From the human T2T-CHM13v2.0 reference genome, Homo sapiens: a stretch of 64,000 nt of DNA. The notes under the pieces were generated by a model. That model saw nothing but the letters and a program-made list of their open reading frames with translations. It made no database searches and had not been told where the DNA came from. Below are positions 23,978 through 40,610 of this stretch, piece by piece. Where the stretch lies: assembly GCF_009914755.1 (NCBI RefSeq), contig NC_060944.1, one strand, 5' to 3'. A program made the position numbers and the translations under genes. How positions within the stretch are numbered: the stretch's first letter is position 1; every line of letters begins with the position of its first letter.

Positions 23978-25956
23978 GTAGCTAAGATGCTGGGGAAGGG
24001 GGCAGAGGCCTGGGCATGGCCTAGATGTGGGTGCTGAGGTCATCCTGGTCCCCGAGCCCCCCACTCCCTGCCTCTGCTCTGGAGTCTCTGGGAAGGCGTC
24101 TGCTTCCAAGCGCAGGGTGCATGCCGCTCAGCTCAGCACAGAGGGAGAGGCGATGGGGGGCAGCAGAAGACCACGAGGGCTGGGGAGAGGGGTGGCCTCT
24201 CTGAGGATGGGAGGCTGTGCGGGTGCGGTCTGGGGGTGCAGGACACTTCTCACCCCAGCATGATGCCAGTGGTGGGACCCTGGGGAAGTCCTTCATCCAC
24301 TCTGATCCTGGGTGAGAGCACTGATGCTAACTAACTTCCTCGGATGGTGGCGAGGAGGCATGTGCTCTCCTTGGCTCTAGTGCTGCCTTTGGGTGGGCAG
24401 GGGCTGTCCTGGATGTGGGCTCTGTGGAGCCTGGGCATGGCCTGGCTGGCATGGGTGAGTGGGCACAGCTGAGTCTGGAGCACCCCTTGCTGAGCGCTTT
24501 GCATGCATCACCTCCCATAATCCGCCCCTACTGTCAGGAGGGAGGAGCCGCTGCTGCAGCCCATAATAAGAGGCAGAAAGGGTAAGGTCACCTGTACACG
24601 CCCCTGCCTGGTGAGTGGGGGCTAAGATCTGAAGTCCGGCTGCCTGCCCTGGAGTCTGTGCTTTTAGCCTTTTGCTGGGCTGCATCCCACACTGATTAAT
24701 AGCAGGAGGAAGTCATTGGAGCTGTTCTGCCCAGGTCGCTAGATCCCCAGAGGATACGGCTCAGGGCCGCCTAGGGAACTCATCTGAACTGGAGCCTGTC
24801 TAGAATCCAGCCTTGCATGCACAGTGCTGGCTCTCCAGGTTGCCTCACATCCACCAGGAGGCCCAGGCCACCAGGGGCCCCATGCAGGGCCACCAACCCC
24901 CTCTTCCAGCCAGAGTTACTAAGCAGGACACTCCAGGGGTTCCCAGGCCTTGGTAACAGGCCCCTGGCAGGCTTGTTGGGGCAGCGTCCCCTGCTGGCAG
25001 AGCAGGGACAGATCCTGTCCTGGACACAGCAGTGGGCTGGCACCCTGCTTGCCTCATTGGCCTCGGGTGCCTGCCCTGCCCTGAGCTGCCCACTTAGCTG
25101 CTTGAGCCTAGTCACTCTGCGCCACCGTGGGAACTGGCACGGGAGGTTGTGGTGGTCTTTGAGCCACATGGTGAATGGGATATTGAGAGAGGCAGATGAT
25201 ACTGTTTGGGCAGGAGTCCTTCCATGCCAACAAGTGATTGAAGGCTAGGGACAAACATGACGATGAGGTGGGCCCAGTGTATGGACTTGGGAGGAGATGG
25301 ACAGACCCAGGTATGTACCCCAGCTCTGTGTGACCTGGAGCCAGTTGCTTAACCTTTCTGTGCCTCAGTTCCCTTATTCAAATAGGGATGGCCCTACTTC
25401 CCTGATAGCTTTGGTATAAGAAACGTGGAACGTTAGGCACCTAGTAAGTGCACAGTGACTATGCTATGACTTCTTCCCTGCCCTCCCTCACAGCCTAGTA
25501 GGAGAGACAGGCAGGTAAACTGATGATTAAACCACAGCGCATCATAAAGCTGACTTCTGCCTGTGCCTGTGCACAACCAGCCCCACTCTGGCAGTCTTGG
25601 GCAACTTTCCACCCCTCCCTGGGACTTACTTTGCAAGCTTCCTCCTGCCCTTGCAAGATGGGGCTGGTGACTTTGCAGCAGTACAATGTTTGGCATGAGC
25701 CGCCAGATCCATCCTTGCTGTCTCTTCCCTCCTCCATCCCTGGGAGGGAACCTGAGCCTAGACTGCCCCAGCATTTGTGACCGCCTCCTTAAACTGCTCT
25801 GACGGAGGACCCATGTTTGTCCCTGACGGTGCTGGCTCTACTCGTCTGTGTCAGACTGGCTTTGCTTTCCCTGAAGATCCATCAACTGCTGGCCTTGAAT
25901 GGTTTCAGCAGCCGGGAGATGCTAAGCCCCATGAGGGCTGCACCTGGCTTGCCTGA

Positions 25957-26184
<228 letters not shown>

Positions 26185-26200
26185 TGATTTTTTTTTGTAG

Positions 26201-26374
<174 letters not shown>

Positions 26375-27132
26375 TGAGTAGCTGTGATTACAGGCACACA
26401 CCACCATGCCCGGCTAATTTTTGTATTTTTGTAAAGACAGGGTTTCACTATGCTGGCCAGGCTGGTCTTGAACTCCTGACCCCAGGTCATCTGCCCGTCT
26501 CGCCCTCCCAAAGTGCTGGGATTACAGGCGTGAGCCACCGTGCCTGGCCCAGGCTGGTCTCTTAACTCCTGGCCTCAAGTGACCTTCCCACCTGAGCCTC
26601 CTAAAGTGCTGGGATTACAGGTGTGAGCCACTGCGCCTGGCCCAGACATGCTTATTTTATGATGCATGCCTGGAACTTCTACTTTTTGGAACCTGTGCTT
26701 TCTGGACAAGGGGTGCATGTAGTTTGAGGCATGATGGCAAACTCCCAAGTGATTACTTTTCAGAACAAAAAGAGCCTAGAGTCTCAATTCCTTCTCCACT
26801 CCAGCAAAGATGGAGCTCCCTAATGAAGAATTAGCTTGTTTAGATTGCAGCACCTAGGAAGCGTGAGGTGCCCTGAAATCTGGTTCTAGTTCTGCCATGC
26901 ACTGGCAGGGGCACTCTGGGAGGCAGCAGTGATCTGCCTGAGTCTTTTTCCTGGGGTGGGGGCACTCCGCTCAGCTCACCAGGACACAGTGAGGTGCCAG
27001 TGAGGGTTTGGGTGGAAAAGCCTTTTGAGAAGCACAGGAGTTGCAAGCCAACTCAAGACGTCTTCTGAGGCTTTGCTTGCCAAGCGAAGGGGGAAAGCTG
27101 CTGATGTGGACCTTGGTTTTTTCCCCTATCAG

Positions 27133-27206
27133 ATCACTGGATCAAAGTTTCCTTGCAGAAACTCTTAAATGAGAAGTCTGCTTTGCATAGAAGCTACCGG
27201 CTGAAG
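27133..27206 (+). CDS. EFCAB8: EFCAB8 exon G: (D)HWIKVSLQKLLNEKSALHRSYRLK
   Basis: cccctatcag|AT ... AAG|gtgagt; 74 nt, phase 1 to 0. Confidence 0.87.
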
Positions 27207-29171
27207 GTGAGTTTTTTCTTTCCTTGGCCTGTTACAATGGTAATTATCTGTACACACACACCACTCAAAATAAATGCAAAAAGTGGATTTACTCCCTGGG
27301 TTCAGTCTTAGCCCTTGGGGTTTGGTCTCTGGAAACAGGTTGCGGCAGCTGTTGGATCCCGTCAGCTCTATCTGCAGACCACATCTCTGTGGCCATGCCC
27401 CTCTCACTACCGCCATTGCTAAGCCCTGGTCCTGGCCGACACCGCCTCGCTCCTGGATGGCTGCAGTGGCCTCTAGCTGGGTTCCCCACTTCCTTTCTTC
27501 ATGCAGCACTGTCTCCATTCAGGGCCAGAGGAATGATGAGTTAGAAATACAGTTGAGTCACCCCGGTAGCTTCTCATCACATTTGGAACAAAATCTCAAG
27601 TCCTTACCATGGCCGTCAGGACGTGAGGTGATCTGGCTCCTGCTTGCAAGCTCTGGGCTTGTTTTCAACCTTCCTTCTCCCCATCTGCTCTCCTGCAGAG
27701 ACGCAGGCTCCTCTGCTGTTCCCTGAATGGGCTCAGCCCCTTCCCGCCTCTGTGCCTCGGCATGTGCTGCGCCTTCAGGCCGCGGGGCTCTCCCCTAAGG
27801 TACCTGTATTCCCCCTATCTACTTCCTGTGGTCCCAAGCAGCCCTCCTAGGACAACCCTGTGCCCACCTCTGCTTTCATCCCTTCACCCGCAGTGTTTAC
27901 CAGCTCCCAGCTTTGTGTGGTCCGACCATTGATTCCTCATGCTGTCACCTTCACGAGATCGACAGCTCCTCAACGGCAGCGGCTTCGTGCTCTCGGTTGT
28001 CTCCAGTGCCTAAAATAGTACCCTGCGCTTGGTGGGCTCCCAATACATTTGCTGCACAAATGAATGAATGAATGACGCACTCAGGGCGGTCTGGGTGATC
28101 CAACAGGCCTGCACTGACTTTTTTTTTTTTTTTTTGGTTGAGTCAGGGCCTTACTCTGCTGCCCTGGCTGGCATGCAGTGGTGCGATCATGGCTCACTGC
28201 AGCCTTGACCTCCCGGGCTTAGGTGATCCTCCCACCTCAGGCCCCCGAGTAGCTGGGAATACAAGCACCACACCCAGCTAATTTTTTAATTCTTTTTTTG
28301 AGACGGGGCCTCACTATGTTGCCCAGGCTGGTCTACCTACCTTGGCCTCCCAAAGTGCTGGGTTTACAGGTGTGAGCCACTGCACCCGCTCTTCTGTCTT
28401 CTGTGGGAAGCTCATCTTGGGCTTGGTTTTCCCTCCAGGTCTCACTCAGTGTCTTGGATTCGGTGCCTTCATTGCGACAGATGCTTGGTGACAGTGTGTG
28501 TAAAACCCAGCTCAGGGTCTTGCATGTAGAAAGCACCAAAGAAATATTTGATGAGCCAATCTCTCCAACCCGCCTTTTCCATTCTCGTCACAGAGAGGAA
28601 AATCTCTAGATTGGGAGGCCAAGCACTGGTCCAGGTCACAGAGTTGGCGCCGGAGAATTCAGAGCCCAGCCAGCCCCTTCGACTGCGCGTCATCTTTTGT
28701 GGTTCAAGTTGCCGTGAAATGCACATTCTCATGCCCTCCGCGCTTCCTTGAGCACTCCACGCTATGACAAACATGGAGGGTGGCAGTGGGCTGGGAGCAC
28801 AGCCCATCTGTAGAGGGGGCTCCCTGTGGATAACTAGATTGTGGCCTGGACAGACTTGAATTCATCCTTTCTCTCCTCGTGGGAGATGATTAGTATGGGC
28901 CTGACCTTCCCCATCCTCTAACTCACAAGATTTCAAATGAAAGTAGGCTTGTGTGCTTTTAAAAATTTTCAGTGACGAGAGATGGCCAGTGCTGGTCATA
29001 GGACCTGGGCTAGGATTGCGGGGCCACATCACTTTGTGATCACTAGGAGAAGGGCATTAGACTCCGTGATCTCTGGGCACCTCCAGTCCCAGCACCTGGT
29101 CATGTTCTGGGGGCTGGGCCTAGAAAGTTGTCCTTGGGTGGAGTCTCCCACCATTGCTACTGTCTTCCCAG

Positions 29172-29302
29172 GCTCTCCATCCCAACTGGTGTGAGCAGGT
29201 CAAGTTCATCCCCCAGATGAATGTGGTAGTCTCCTGTTCAGCCATCGAGAAGTCCTCTCTGGTGCTGACAATATTGCCAGCCAAAGCCTCTAAGAAACCC
29301 AG
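29172..29302 (+). CDS. EFCAB8: EFCAB8 exon H: ALHPNWCEQVKFIPQMNVVVSCSAIEKSSLVLTILPAKASKKP(R)
   Basis: gtcttcccag|GCT ... AG|gtaaga; 131 nt, phase 0 to 2. Confidence 0.9.
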
Positions 29303-29845
29303 GTAAGAAGTGCTTCTCTCCTGGCTAAGGCGGTGGGGCTGGAAGGGAGGGGGGTGGTGAGTGGACCATGGGGGCTGACAGTGGCAGATGGTGGTTGGTG
29401 TATGGACTCTGGGGTTTAGTTTTTCCAGCATTGCCAGCAGCAGCACGGTGAGAACACAGCAGCCTCTTTTATCTCCCAATCTATATGCAAAACTCAGCAT
29501 AGAAGCCAGCACAGAGTGATTGGCAGTCAGTGAAATGTTTTCTGAATGAAGGGATGACTGTGAGTTACTTTCTCCTCTGTGACCCTCAGTTCCCTCATCT
29601 GTGAAAGGGTGTGAAAGCACGTACCTCACTTCCTGAAGGGTTGCATGAGGGAATCCTCTGTGGTATGTGTTCAGTAACTGGCAGCATTGGTTCTTTGCAG
29701 ATGGTTCCAATCTGTTTCCTTCAGTCTAGATTCCTCTACCCTAGAGTGAAGTTTTTTCTTTTCTTTTGAAAAACTAGTTAGTCACCGGGCGCGGTGGCTC
29801 ACGCCAGTAATCCCAGCACTTTGGGAAGCCGAGGTGGGTGGATCA

Positions 29846-30431
<586 letters not shown>

Positions 30432-30995
30432 TAGTAGAGACGGGGTTTCTCTGTGTTGGTCAGGCTGGTCTCGAACTCCTGATCTCAGGTTATCAGCCCG
30501 CCTCGGCCTCCCAAAGTGCTGGGATTGCAGGCACGAGCCACCGCGCCTGGCCCACTTCTGTTCTTTTACTGTGTGGCTTCTACTGTGCCGTTTACTGTGG
30601 ATAAACTGGTAGGTATGTTCTCTCGCGGAGTCTTCCTGCTGGGTGGCTCTTGCCCCTGCAGTTTTCCTCCGGCCCCTAGTCTTTACCTTGAGCCTTTGGG
30701 GCTCTGACATTTTGCTTCTGCACAGGCTGAAGATTGAGCCCCAGGAGAGTCTTTTTGGGGGAACAGCAGGAGATTTAAGGCCTGTATTGGGGAGAGACTG
30801 GGTGAGGCCAGGGTGGGGTTGGGGCAGAAACAGAGGGCCATTTAGACCCATGTCTGTCCCTTTCTGTCCTGGTTGTTTTTCAGGGGAAATTTCAATCCTG
30901 AGATGATAAGGCTAATTTCGTCCAACTCCTCATTTTACAGATGGGAAACCCGAAGCTTAGGGAGGGGAAGTGACTGTCTTAGAGCAGACACTTGA

Positions 30996-31527
<532 letters not shown>

Positions 31528-31902
31528 TGAGCCACCATGCCCGGCTTAATTTTTGTATTTTTAGTAGAGATGGGGTTTCACCATGTTGGCCAGGATGGTC
31601 TCGATCTCTTGACCTCGTGATCCGCCCACCTCGGCCTCCCAAAGTGCTGGGATTACAGGCATGAGCCACCGCGCCCGGCCGTCCAGTGCCTTTTTAACCA
31701 AACAGTGCACTGTGTACATTTCTAGACAAGTCCTGGAGCTCCCTGCAGGCCGGAAAAAGGGGCCTCCGGGAATGTCTGACGTGAAGGGGAAGTTTCAGTC
31801 TTGGGTTCAGTGCTTTGAATGGGGCCGTGTGGCAGAAGTTTGCTTGGAGCTGTTTGCTGAGGCTATCTGTCTGCATTGGTGGTGGTATCACTTAGTGTAT
31901 AT

Positions 31903-32124
31903 TGGGGTGTCCAATCTTTTGGCTTCCCTGGGCCACATAGGAAGAAGAAGAATTGTCTTGAGTCACACATAAAATACACTGACACTAACAATAGCTGATG
32001 AGCTAAATAAAAATCACAAAAAAGTCTCATAATGTTATAAGAAAGTTTATGAATTTGTGTTGGGCCACATTCAGAGCTGTCCTGGGTTGTATGAGGCCCA
32101 TGGGCTGTGAGTTGGACAAGCTTG
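31903..32124 (+). mobile_element. MER30 hAT-Charlie MITE
   Basis: ggggtgtccaatcttttggcttccctgggccaca...gttggacaagcttg; flanks GTGTATAT/GTGTATAA (8-bp TSD, 7/8 match). Confidence 0.85.
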
Positions 32125-32353
32125 GTGTATAAGATATGTGTTTCATTCAGATCTTGTTTTATTGAGTCCTGATGGCAGGAGGATATCAGGGGGTCACCTC
32201 ACCAGGGCCAGGAGGGCCTCTGTGGGCCGGGCCTGCTGCCTTCCTGACCTCATTGCCTCCACCTGCCCACTCAGCTCCACTGGCCTTCAGGCTCAGGCGT
32301 GCTCCTGCGCCAGGGCCTTTGCACAGCTCCGCTGTCTGTGGTATGCTCTTGTT

Positions 32354-32645
<292 letters not shown>

Positions 32646-34804
32646 TGAGCCACCGCTCCTGGCCTTGTTTTTTAAATTAATTAATTTTAAATTAATATTT
32701 TCATTATAAAATGTTTCAAACACACACAAAAATAGATAAAATGGTATAATTCTTCCATATCACCTAGTAGCTAGTCCACGTTAATATTTCTCTAAGTACC
32801 TCAGAGTATCTTCTTACAATATTTGGAACTAGATATAAGCACGGTTCTGGGATGGTTTTGAGCAGAGAACTGGTGTGGTCTGGCTTATATGTTGCAGGTG
32901 GAGTGTCCATGGGCAGGGGTGGTGGTGAACACACCAGTGAGGAGGCCATTGCAATAGTTGAGGCTGCATAGGATGGTGGCCTGGAGCTGGGCTGTGTTGT
33001 GGGATGGAGGGACTGGAGATGTATTTTTGGGGTAGGGTAGAGAATATATTTACACACACAAACACAGAGACACATGTTCCCTTCCTTCAGCCTGGGTGAC
33101 AGAGCAAGACCCTGTCTTCAAAAAAAACAAAAGACTCCATTCAGGTCAGACACGGTGGCTCACTTCTGTAATCCTAGCACTTAGGGAGGCCAAGGCAGGA
33201 GGATCCCTTGAGGCCAGGAGTTCAAGACCGGCCTGGGCAATACAGCAAGATCCCATCTACACAAAATATTTAAAAATTAGCTGGGAGTGTTGGCACACCC
33301 CATGCATTCTTGTCTGCATGCAGTGCAATGTACAGGCCGGCAGGTGGCACAATTGACCACTTGCTGGTCTCCCGTTTTGGCGATGCCATCTTAGGGCATA
33401 TCCTCTGCGGGTGGGGCCTGGCATTGGCACCCCAACCTCTGCCTCTGGAGTCAGCCTCAGCCTCCAAGGCAGTGTGGGCCTGAGGGTCTGGCTTCCTTGC
33501 AGCCAGCCTCACCTGAGTTCTCAGATGGTTCGAGCCAGGAGCAAATCTGACGGAGCGGGTGTGGTAGCAGGAGCCGGTGCTGAGTGTGTGGACTGACCCC
33601 CGGCGTCTCCCCGACTGTCCCCTCTTCCTTCACTTCTGCCACCACCACCTAGTTGAAGCCACCGTCATCTCCCACCTGAACTGCTTGCCCTGGCCCTCTT
33701 AGCAGCCTCACCGTGTCCCCTCAGGCCACATTTCCTGACCCACGGCCATCAACAAATCTGATCCAGCCAGGGCCCTGTATGGAGCCTTCAACGGCTCCTG
33801 GCCAGGGCTGTGGATTGGGCCCTGCCCATCTCGCCCATGTCCTCTCATGCCCTCTCCTCCTGGCCCACCTGGTGCCCACCACACCGGCCTTGCATAGGCT
33901 GCTCCCTCCGGCTGAAGCCTCACCCCTCCCCTGGGCTCCCCGGGGCTGACTCCTTCTCACCCTTCAGGTCTCCGCTGCCCTGGACCCTCCTCAGAGAGGC
34001 CGGCAGAAGTGAGCCTCCTTCTGTTGTCCTCCGTCAAAGCCATGTGCTTATGTCCCTTGCAGGACTCGCCATGATTTGTAAATGTCCATCTCCCTTCTGT
34101 GTGTCCACTTCCTCCTGTTGTTTCCCTCTAGAAGGAAAACCCCCTATGGCAGAAGCCTCGTGTCTGTGCCCCTGGTAATCCTGGCAGGAGTAGGAGCCAG
34201 GAAATCTTTGTTGATCAATACGTGAAATCGGCCTGAAATAATTTCTACTAACATTTTGGTGACCATTCTTCCAGAACATTTTTCGGCAGCACATATACGT
34301 GTGGAGGGAGGAATATCTGGTTTGGCAATAAATGAAATATGTGTACTGCCATCTGTTCTCTTTGAAGCTTTGATTTTTAGAGGAATCCTTGTGTCTCTGG
34401 ACAGATGATTTAAAGGGGAGCAAGGCTGGAGATGAAGGAACTGGCTGGGAGGCTGATACGGCAAAGTCAGGGGCCTGGGCTAGCAGTGGCCATGGGAGTG
34501 GAGGGAAGTAGGCAAGGAGGACTTGGGGCCAGGCTGGATAATGGGAGCCACAGTGTTGTCCAGGTTGATGCCCAGGCACCTGGCTTAGGCCCCCCGGGAG
34601 TGGTGGAGGAGCCGGGTCAGGGGTGACTTCAGTGGAGGGCATACTGTGTCAGGGGGTCGGGTGCCCTACTACAGATGCCTTTGAATGGATTTTTTGGGTT
34701 TTTTTTTTCTGAGGCAGGGTGTCGTTCTGTTGCCCAGGCTGGAGCTCACTGTAACCTCAAACTCCCAGGCTCAAGTGATCCTCCTGCCTCACTTTCCTAA
34801 GTAG

Positions 34805-35196
<392 letters not shown>

Positions 35197-35330
35197 TGAA
35201 CTCCTGGCCTCAAGGGATCCTCCTGCCTGTGCCTGCCAAAGTGCTGGGATTGCAGGTGTGAGCCACCACACCTGAATGGAGCTTTTTTTTTTTTTTTTTT
35301 TTTAAGGCGGTGGCGGGGTGGGGGTACTGA

Positions 35331-35429
<99 letters not shown>

Positions 35430-35540
35430 TGAGTAGCTGGGATTACAGGCACATACCACTATGCCTGGCTAATTTTTGTATTTTTAGTAGAGGCGAGGTT
35501 TTACCCTGTTGGCCAGGCTGGTCTGGAACTCCTGACCTCA

Positions 35541-35699
<159 letters not shown>

Positions 35700-35869
35700 T
35701 TAGGCCTGTGAGGGCTGCAGGGCCCTGGCCTTCCTGGAACTCCTGTCTGGGCCTCTCCAGCCCTCTGAGCCTCACCCGGCCCTAATGAGCCTCTCCTCTC
35801 CTGGATCGCTGCTTACTGAGCTTCCTGCCACCTCCTGCCATATCCACCCTAGGTCTGAATCCTGACCCC

Positions 35870-36625
<756 letters not shown>

Positions 36626-37240
36626 AACCCCCATTGTTTGCAACCTGTGTGACCTTGGGGAAGCTCCTTGACTTTTCCTTTTGGTGTCTCTATCCCTAGC
36701 GCAGGGCAGTTCTATTCTTGGGCATTGTATGAGATGTCCAGATGATGCAGGAGACAGCACCCTGCATGGGGACCACACGTAGCCAGGGTGGGGCACCCGG
36801 GAGCTTCCTTTCTGTCCCTCCCTTGGAACCCCGCTTTTTTCTTGATTTGTATCATGGATGGGAAGATGCCTGTCCCAGTACAGTTGATGTGAAAATCAAA
36901 TTTGCCCTTGGAATGAGGCCAAATGCTTTACAAATGTCAGGAGTCGCTCCTGCCTGGGAGCTGTCTCTACCTGGAAGGTGGCATCTGGCCTGTGGGCTGT
37001 TGGTTTGGGGCCAGGACTGGGCTGCTGCTTTGCCTGTGGTGCTGAGCCCTGACTTGGCTGCAGGGTGAACCCTGGGTGGTCTCTGGGGCTACTCCTCTCC
37101 TAGGATGGAGAGGTAGTGACTCCTCCCTAGGCCTCCTGGGAGGCTCTGCCTCTAGCTCCTCCCACCCCAGGCTCAGTCTCAGACGCTCTCTTGGGGCCAC
37201 TGCTCCCGGCCCTGCAGCCCTCACTCCTTTGATATTGTAG

Positions 37241-37308
37241 GTTGTCAGTGCTGCGTTTAAGGAAAGGGATTCTTTGCTTTGATTACTGCCCAGACAGGAA
37301 CTTCCTGG
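37241..37308 (+). CDS. EFCAB8: EFCAB8 exon I: LSVLRLRKGILCFDYCPDRNFL
   Basis: gatattgtag|G ... G|gtaagt; 68 nt, phase 2 to 1. Confidence 0.9.
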
Positions 37309-37521
37309 GTAAGTCACCTTCATGTCACCCAGAAGCTGCTGGGGGGAGGGCTGCTGGGGATGGGGGGACCACCAGAGCTCAGGAGAGGGCTGCACAGCAT
37401 CTGGCCTCTGTCTGGCTTCCTCTCCTGCTGCTCTTGTCCCCACTTCTGGGCACCACCTTCACCAGTGGGTGAAGGTCCCCAGTGGAGGCCCCTGGGACTG
37501 ACACCCACGTCTTGACCACAG

Positions 37522-37673
37522 TGACTGGTGGCTACGATGCCTTCATCCGCCTGTGGAACCCCTTTGTCTCAAAGAGGCCCGTGTGGCTGATGAAGGGACA
37601 CCAGACCTCAGTGACGCACATCCTTGTGGATAGCAGGAACAACAGCATCCTCATCAGTGTCTCCAAGGACAAG
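37522..37673 (+). CDS. EFCAB8: EFCAB8 exon J: (V)TGGYDAFIRLWNPFVSKRPVWLMKGHQTSVTHILVDSRNNSILISVSKDK
   Basis: gaccacag|TG ... AAG|gtccgc; 152 nt, phase 1 to 0; canonical WD40 motifs TGGYD..IRLWN and GH..SV. Confidence 0.92.
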
Positions 37674-38953
37674 GTCCGCCCCGACGGTCCGCCTGACTCC
37701 TTCTGTTCCTCAGGGAAACACACTGGCCAGAGAAATGGCATGACCTCCCTGCCCACGGCCCCACATCTGGCCAAAGGCCTAGCAGGAGGGGCCCCGGGTG
37801 GGAGGAAGGTGAGGGTGGCCATGGACCTCTGAGCATGTCCCCAGAGCTGGGTTCCCAGGTAGCCCAGCCTGGCTTCTAACTTTGTGACCCTGGCAAGTCC
37901 TTCCCTTTTCTGAGCCTCAGTCCTCAGTCTCCCTATCCATAGAATGGGCTGTTGAGTGGTTTAGAGAACCAGCAGCAAAACAGCAGTGCAGTGTCTGGCA
38001 CAGGGGAGTTGTGCAATGCATGGCAGCCGTTCCCCTGCGCTGCCCCTGCCCTCGATCTGCACCTCTCAGTTGCTCTAGTGACCCCTCCTCGGCTGCCTGG
38101 CCATGAGGGCTGGGCTTGGCCTTTCCCACATGCCAGGGCTCCCACTTGGGACCCGCCACTGTGCTCCTCTGCAGCTGTAGGCTCAGGATACTGCCCCGTC
38201 TGCTGGGCTGTGGGCCCACAGTGCTGGGGGCCCTCCTTTAGGGGACAGGTTACGTTTTCTGGAACTCTGGAGATGGAGAATTGTCAGGGCCCTCAGGGTC
38301 ACCTGGAGCACCCTCTCCAACATATCCACACACCCTCCTGTCTGGAATTTTCCCAGAAGCCCTGGGAGCTGGGATCATCGCCTCTGATGAAGGGTCTGAG
38401 TCTGGGGCATGGGGACAGGGACAGTCTCGCTGAGGTCCCCAGTCGGCCATGGGCAGAGGATGCCTCCAAGAAGTCAGGGTCTTGGAGGGACTTCTGTGGG
38501 GCCCTCTAGGGAAAGTTCCTCCACCTGGGAGGAATGGGAGGGGCCCCTCTGGGGACAGGCAGGCCACTGTGGCAACTATGTTGGTAGCCACTACCGGACT
38601 GTGTCCCAGGCTGGAGTGGCAGCAAGGGAGGGCCTGGGGCCAGCATGTGCTGCCTGGCTTGGCTTTTGTACCCAGCCAGTGAATTCAGCTGCTCCAACAG
38701 GGTGGAGGCCTGGGGGCAGGCTGGGGGTGGAGCTGTGCCCGGCCCTCACTCACTGTGTACCTGGGTTATCTGAGCACAAGAGTAGCCTCTCTGCTGCTGG
38801 GTGTGACGGTGCCAACACCATGTGTGTGTGTTAGAAGTGCTTGGACGGACGATGTGCCCTGGCCTTGTTCGCCGGAGGCACCCCCGAGGCTTCAGGAGCC
38901 GGCTACATCCCCGAGACCCATGCTCAGCGTCTTGCCTTTTTCCCATCCCCCAG

Positions 38954-39091
38954 AATATTCGCGTGTGGGACATGCTGGACTACATATGCCTCCAGTCCTT
39001 CTGTGGGAAGTTTTTTGCTCTGGGAAACTGCCCCATCACCAGTGCCTACTTCTTCGAGAAGGACAATACCCTCATCTGCAGCACCTACTCA
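38954..39091 (+). CDS. EFCAB8: EFCAB8 exon K: NIRVWDMLDYICLQSFCGKFFALGNCPITSAYFFEKDNTLICSTYS
   Basis: catcccccag|AAT ... TCA|gtgagt; 138 nt, phase 0 to 0; IRVWD. Confidence 0.92.
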
Positions 39092-40499
39092 GTGAGTGCT
39101 GTCCCAGGAGGGAGTGGGGTCAAGGCCGCAGGTGGAGGGCCAGGGTCTGAATCCCATGGGACACCCAAGGGGTGGCCACGTCCTGTCCCTCCTGGGACTG
39201 CTGAAGCGGCTAGACTCTGTGGCCTGGCCTGTGAGGGGCCGTGTCTTGGGATTTCCTGAAATCCTGTTTCTAGGCCCCCAGCCTGTCACCCTCTCTGCAG
39301 CTGCTGCTGCTGTCTGCACTGTCCCCACTCAGGCGTCCTCAGCCTCTCCCTCTGGGAGCCACCCTGAACGTCAGGCTTGTTAGGAGCCCTTCCTCCATGT
39401 TTTCTTGGCCCCGTTCCTTGTCTCAGTCATGAGCCTCATAACTCTGTCCTGTCGCTATTACATGACTGTTTTTCCTGCTAAGTCATGAACTTTGGGAAAC
39501 AGGGGCCACGTCCGAGCAGCATCTCTGCAGGAGAGACCCTGTGGGAAACTGAGTCACAGATAGGAAGGCCATCTGTGACTCAGGACTCAGCTGGAACCCC
39601 TGTGAGGTCTGTCCTGACCCTGGAGGACAGGAAAGATTGGGACAAGCACGAGGGGCTTCCTGTGGAGGATGGGGGTAAGGGGGCCCACAAGAAGGTGGAG
39701 GCTTGGGGAGCTGCAAGGCTGAGCCACAACCCACAGATGGGAGCAGAAGCCCAGAAAAGAGATGCGGGGGCCGCTCGTGCTTGAGCTCCACCAAGGCCTC
39801 CCACGCTCCGTGGGCTGGGCCACCCTGGTCGGTGACATGTGTGTCATCCTTACGCACTTGGCTGGCCCTCCCCTAGACAGCAGTTTTCTTGAGAAGGTAG
39901 TGGGTTCCTTTATCTCCTTGCTGAGTGCCAGACAGGTGGTCAGCATTTGCTGAATTAAATAGGCCTTTGAAGTTCATTTCAGAGCACCAAACCTTATCAA
40001 CCCCCTGCCTTTTGTCATGAACAGAGAATATATGACAAAGACACTGTCCCATCTCTCTAGGAACCTACAGGGTAGAAGAAAAACAGATAATTTCGGTAGA
40101 AAGTGCTATGTGTTATGGTAGAGTTGTGCTTTTTGGAGCACAGAGGAATCCTTAGCCTCGCCTGGGGCAAGGGGGAGGCAGGGAGGGCTTCCCGGAGGGA
40201 ACACCTGATTGAGGCTTCAGCTTCTCAGAAGTTATAAGGTGAAAGGGACCTTGGACTTGGAATTTGGGGTTCTAGGAACACTAGGGTTTGGAAGGCTCAG
40301 TCTCGGGGAGCGGGGGCCATGGAGTAGGGTGGGGGTATCTGCAGGCCTGCTGAGGAACCTGGAGTCTTGCTGGAATCAGGCCTGCGTGTGGTCAGGACGT
40401 CTTGATGTCGTGATTTATTGGAAGTTTTTCCCGGCAGCCCATCACTGTGAGCAGAGCCCTTCTGACAGACAAGCTCTCTGCCCCTTTCCTCACCTACAG

Positions 40500-40610
40500 A
40501 TCGGGATCCTAAAAGGGTACTTAGAGGCCCAGGGGCTTATCAAAGCAAGGAAGAGGACCACTCATTGCTCACCCCTGTGTGCTGTCCTCTACAGCAAGAT
40601 CTTTAAGCAG
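40500..40610 (+). CDS. EFCAB8: EFCAB8 exon L: IGILKGYLEAQGLIKARKRTTHCSPLCAVLYSKIFKQ
   Basis: cacctacag|ATC ... CAG|gtgagt; 111 nt, phase 0 to 0. Confidence 0.9.

Noticed and set aside
37510-37521. GTCTTGAC resembling a U12 branch site before exon J
   Set aside because: The donor is U2-type GTAAGT, the match to TCCTTRAC is only 6/8, the A is only 7 nt from the acceptor, and a U2-like CTGAC lies further upstream
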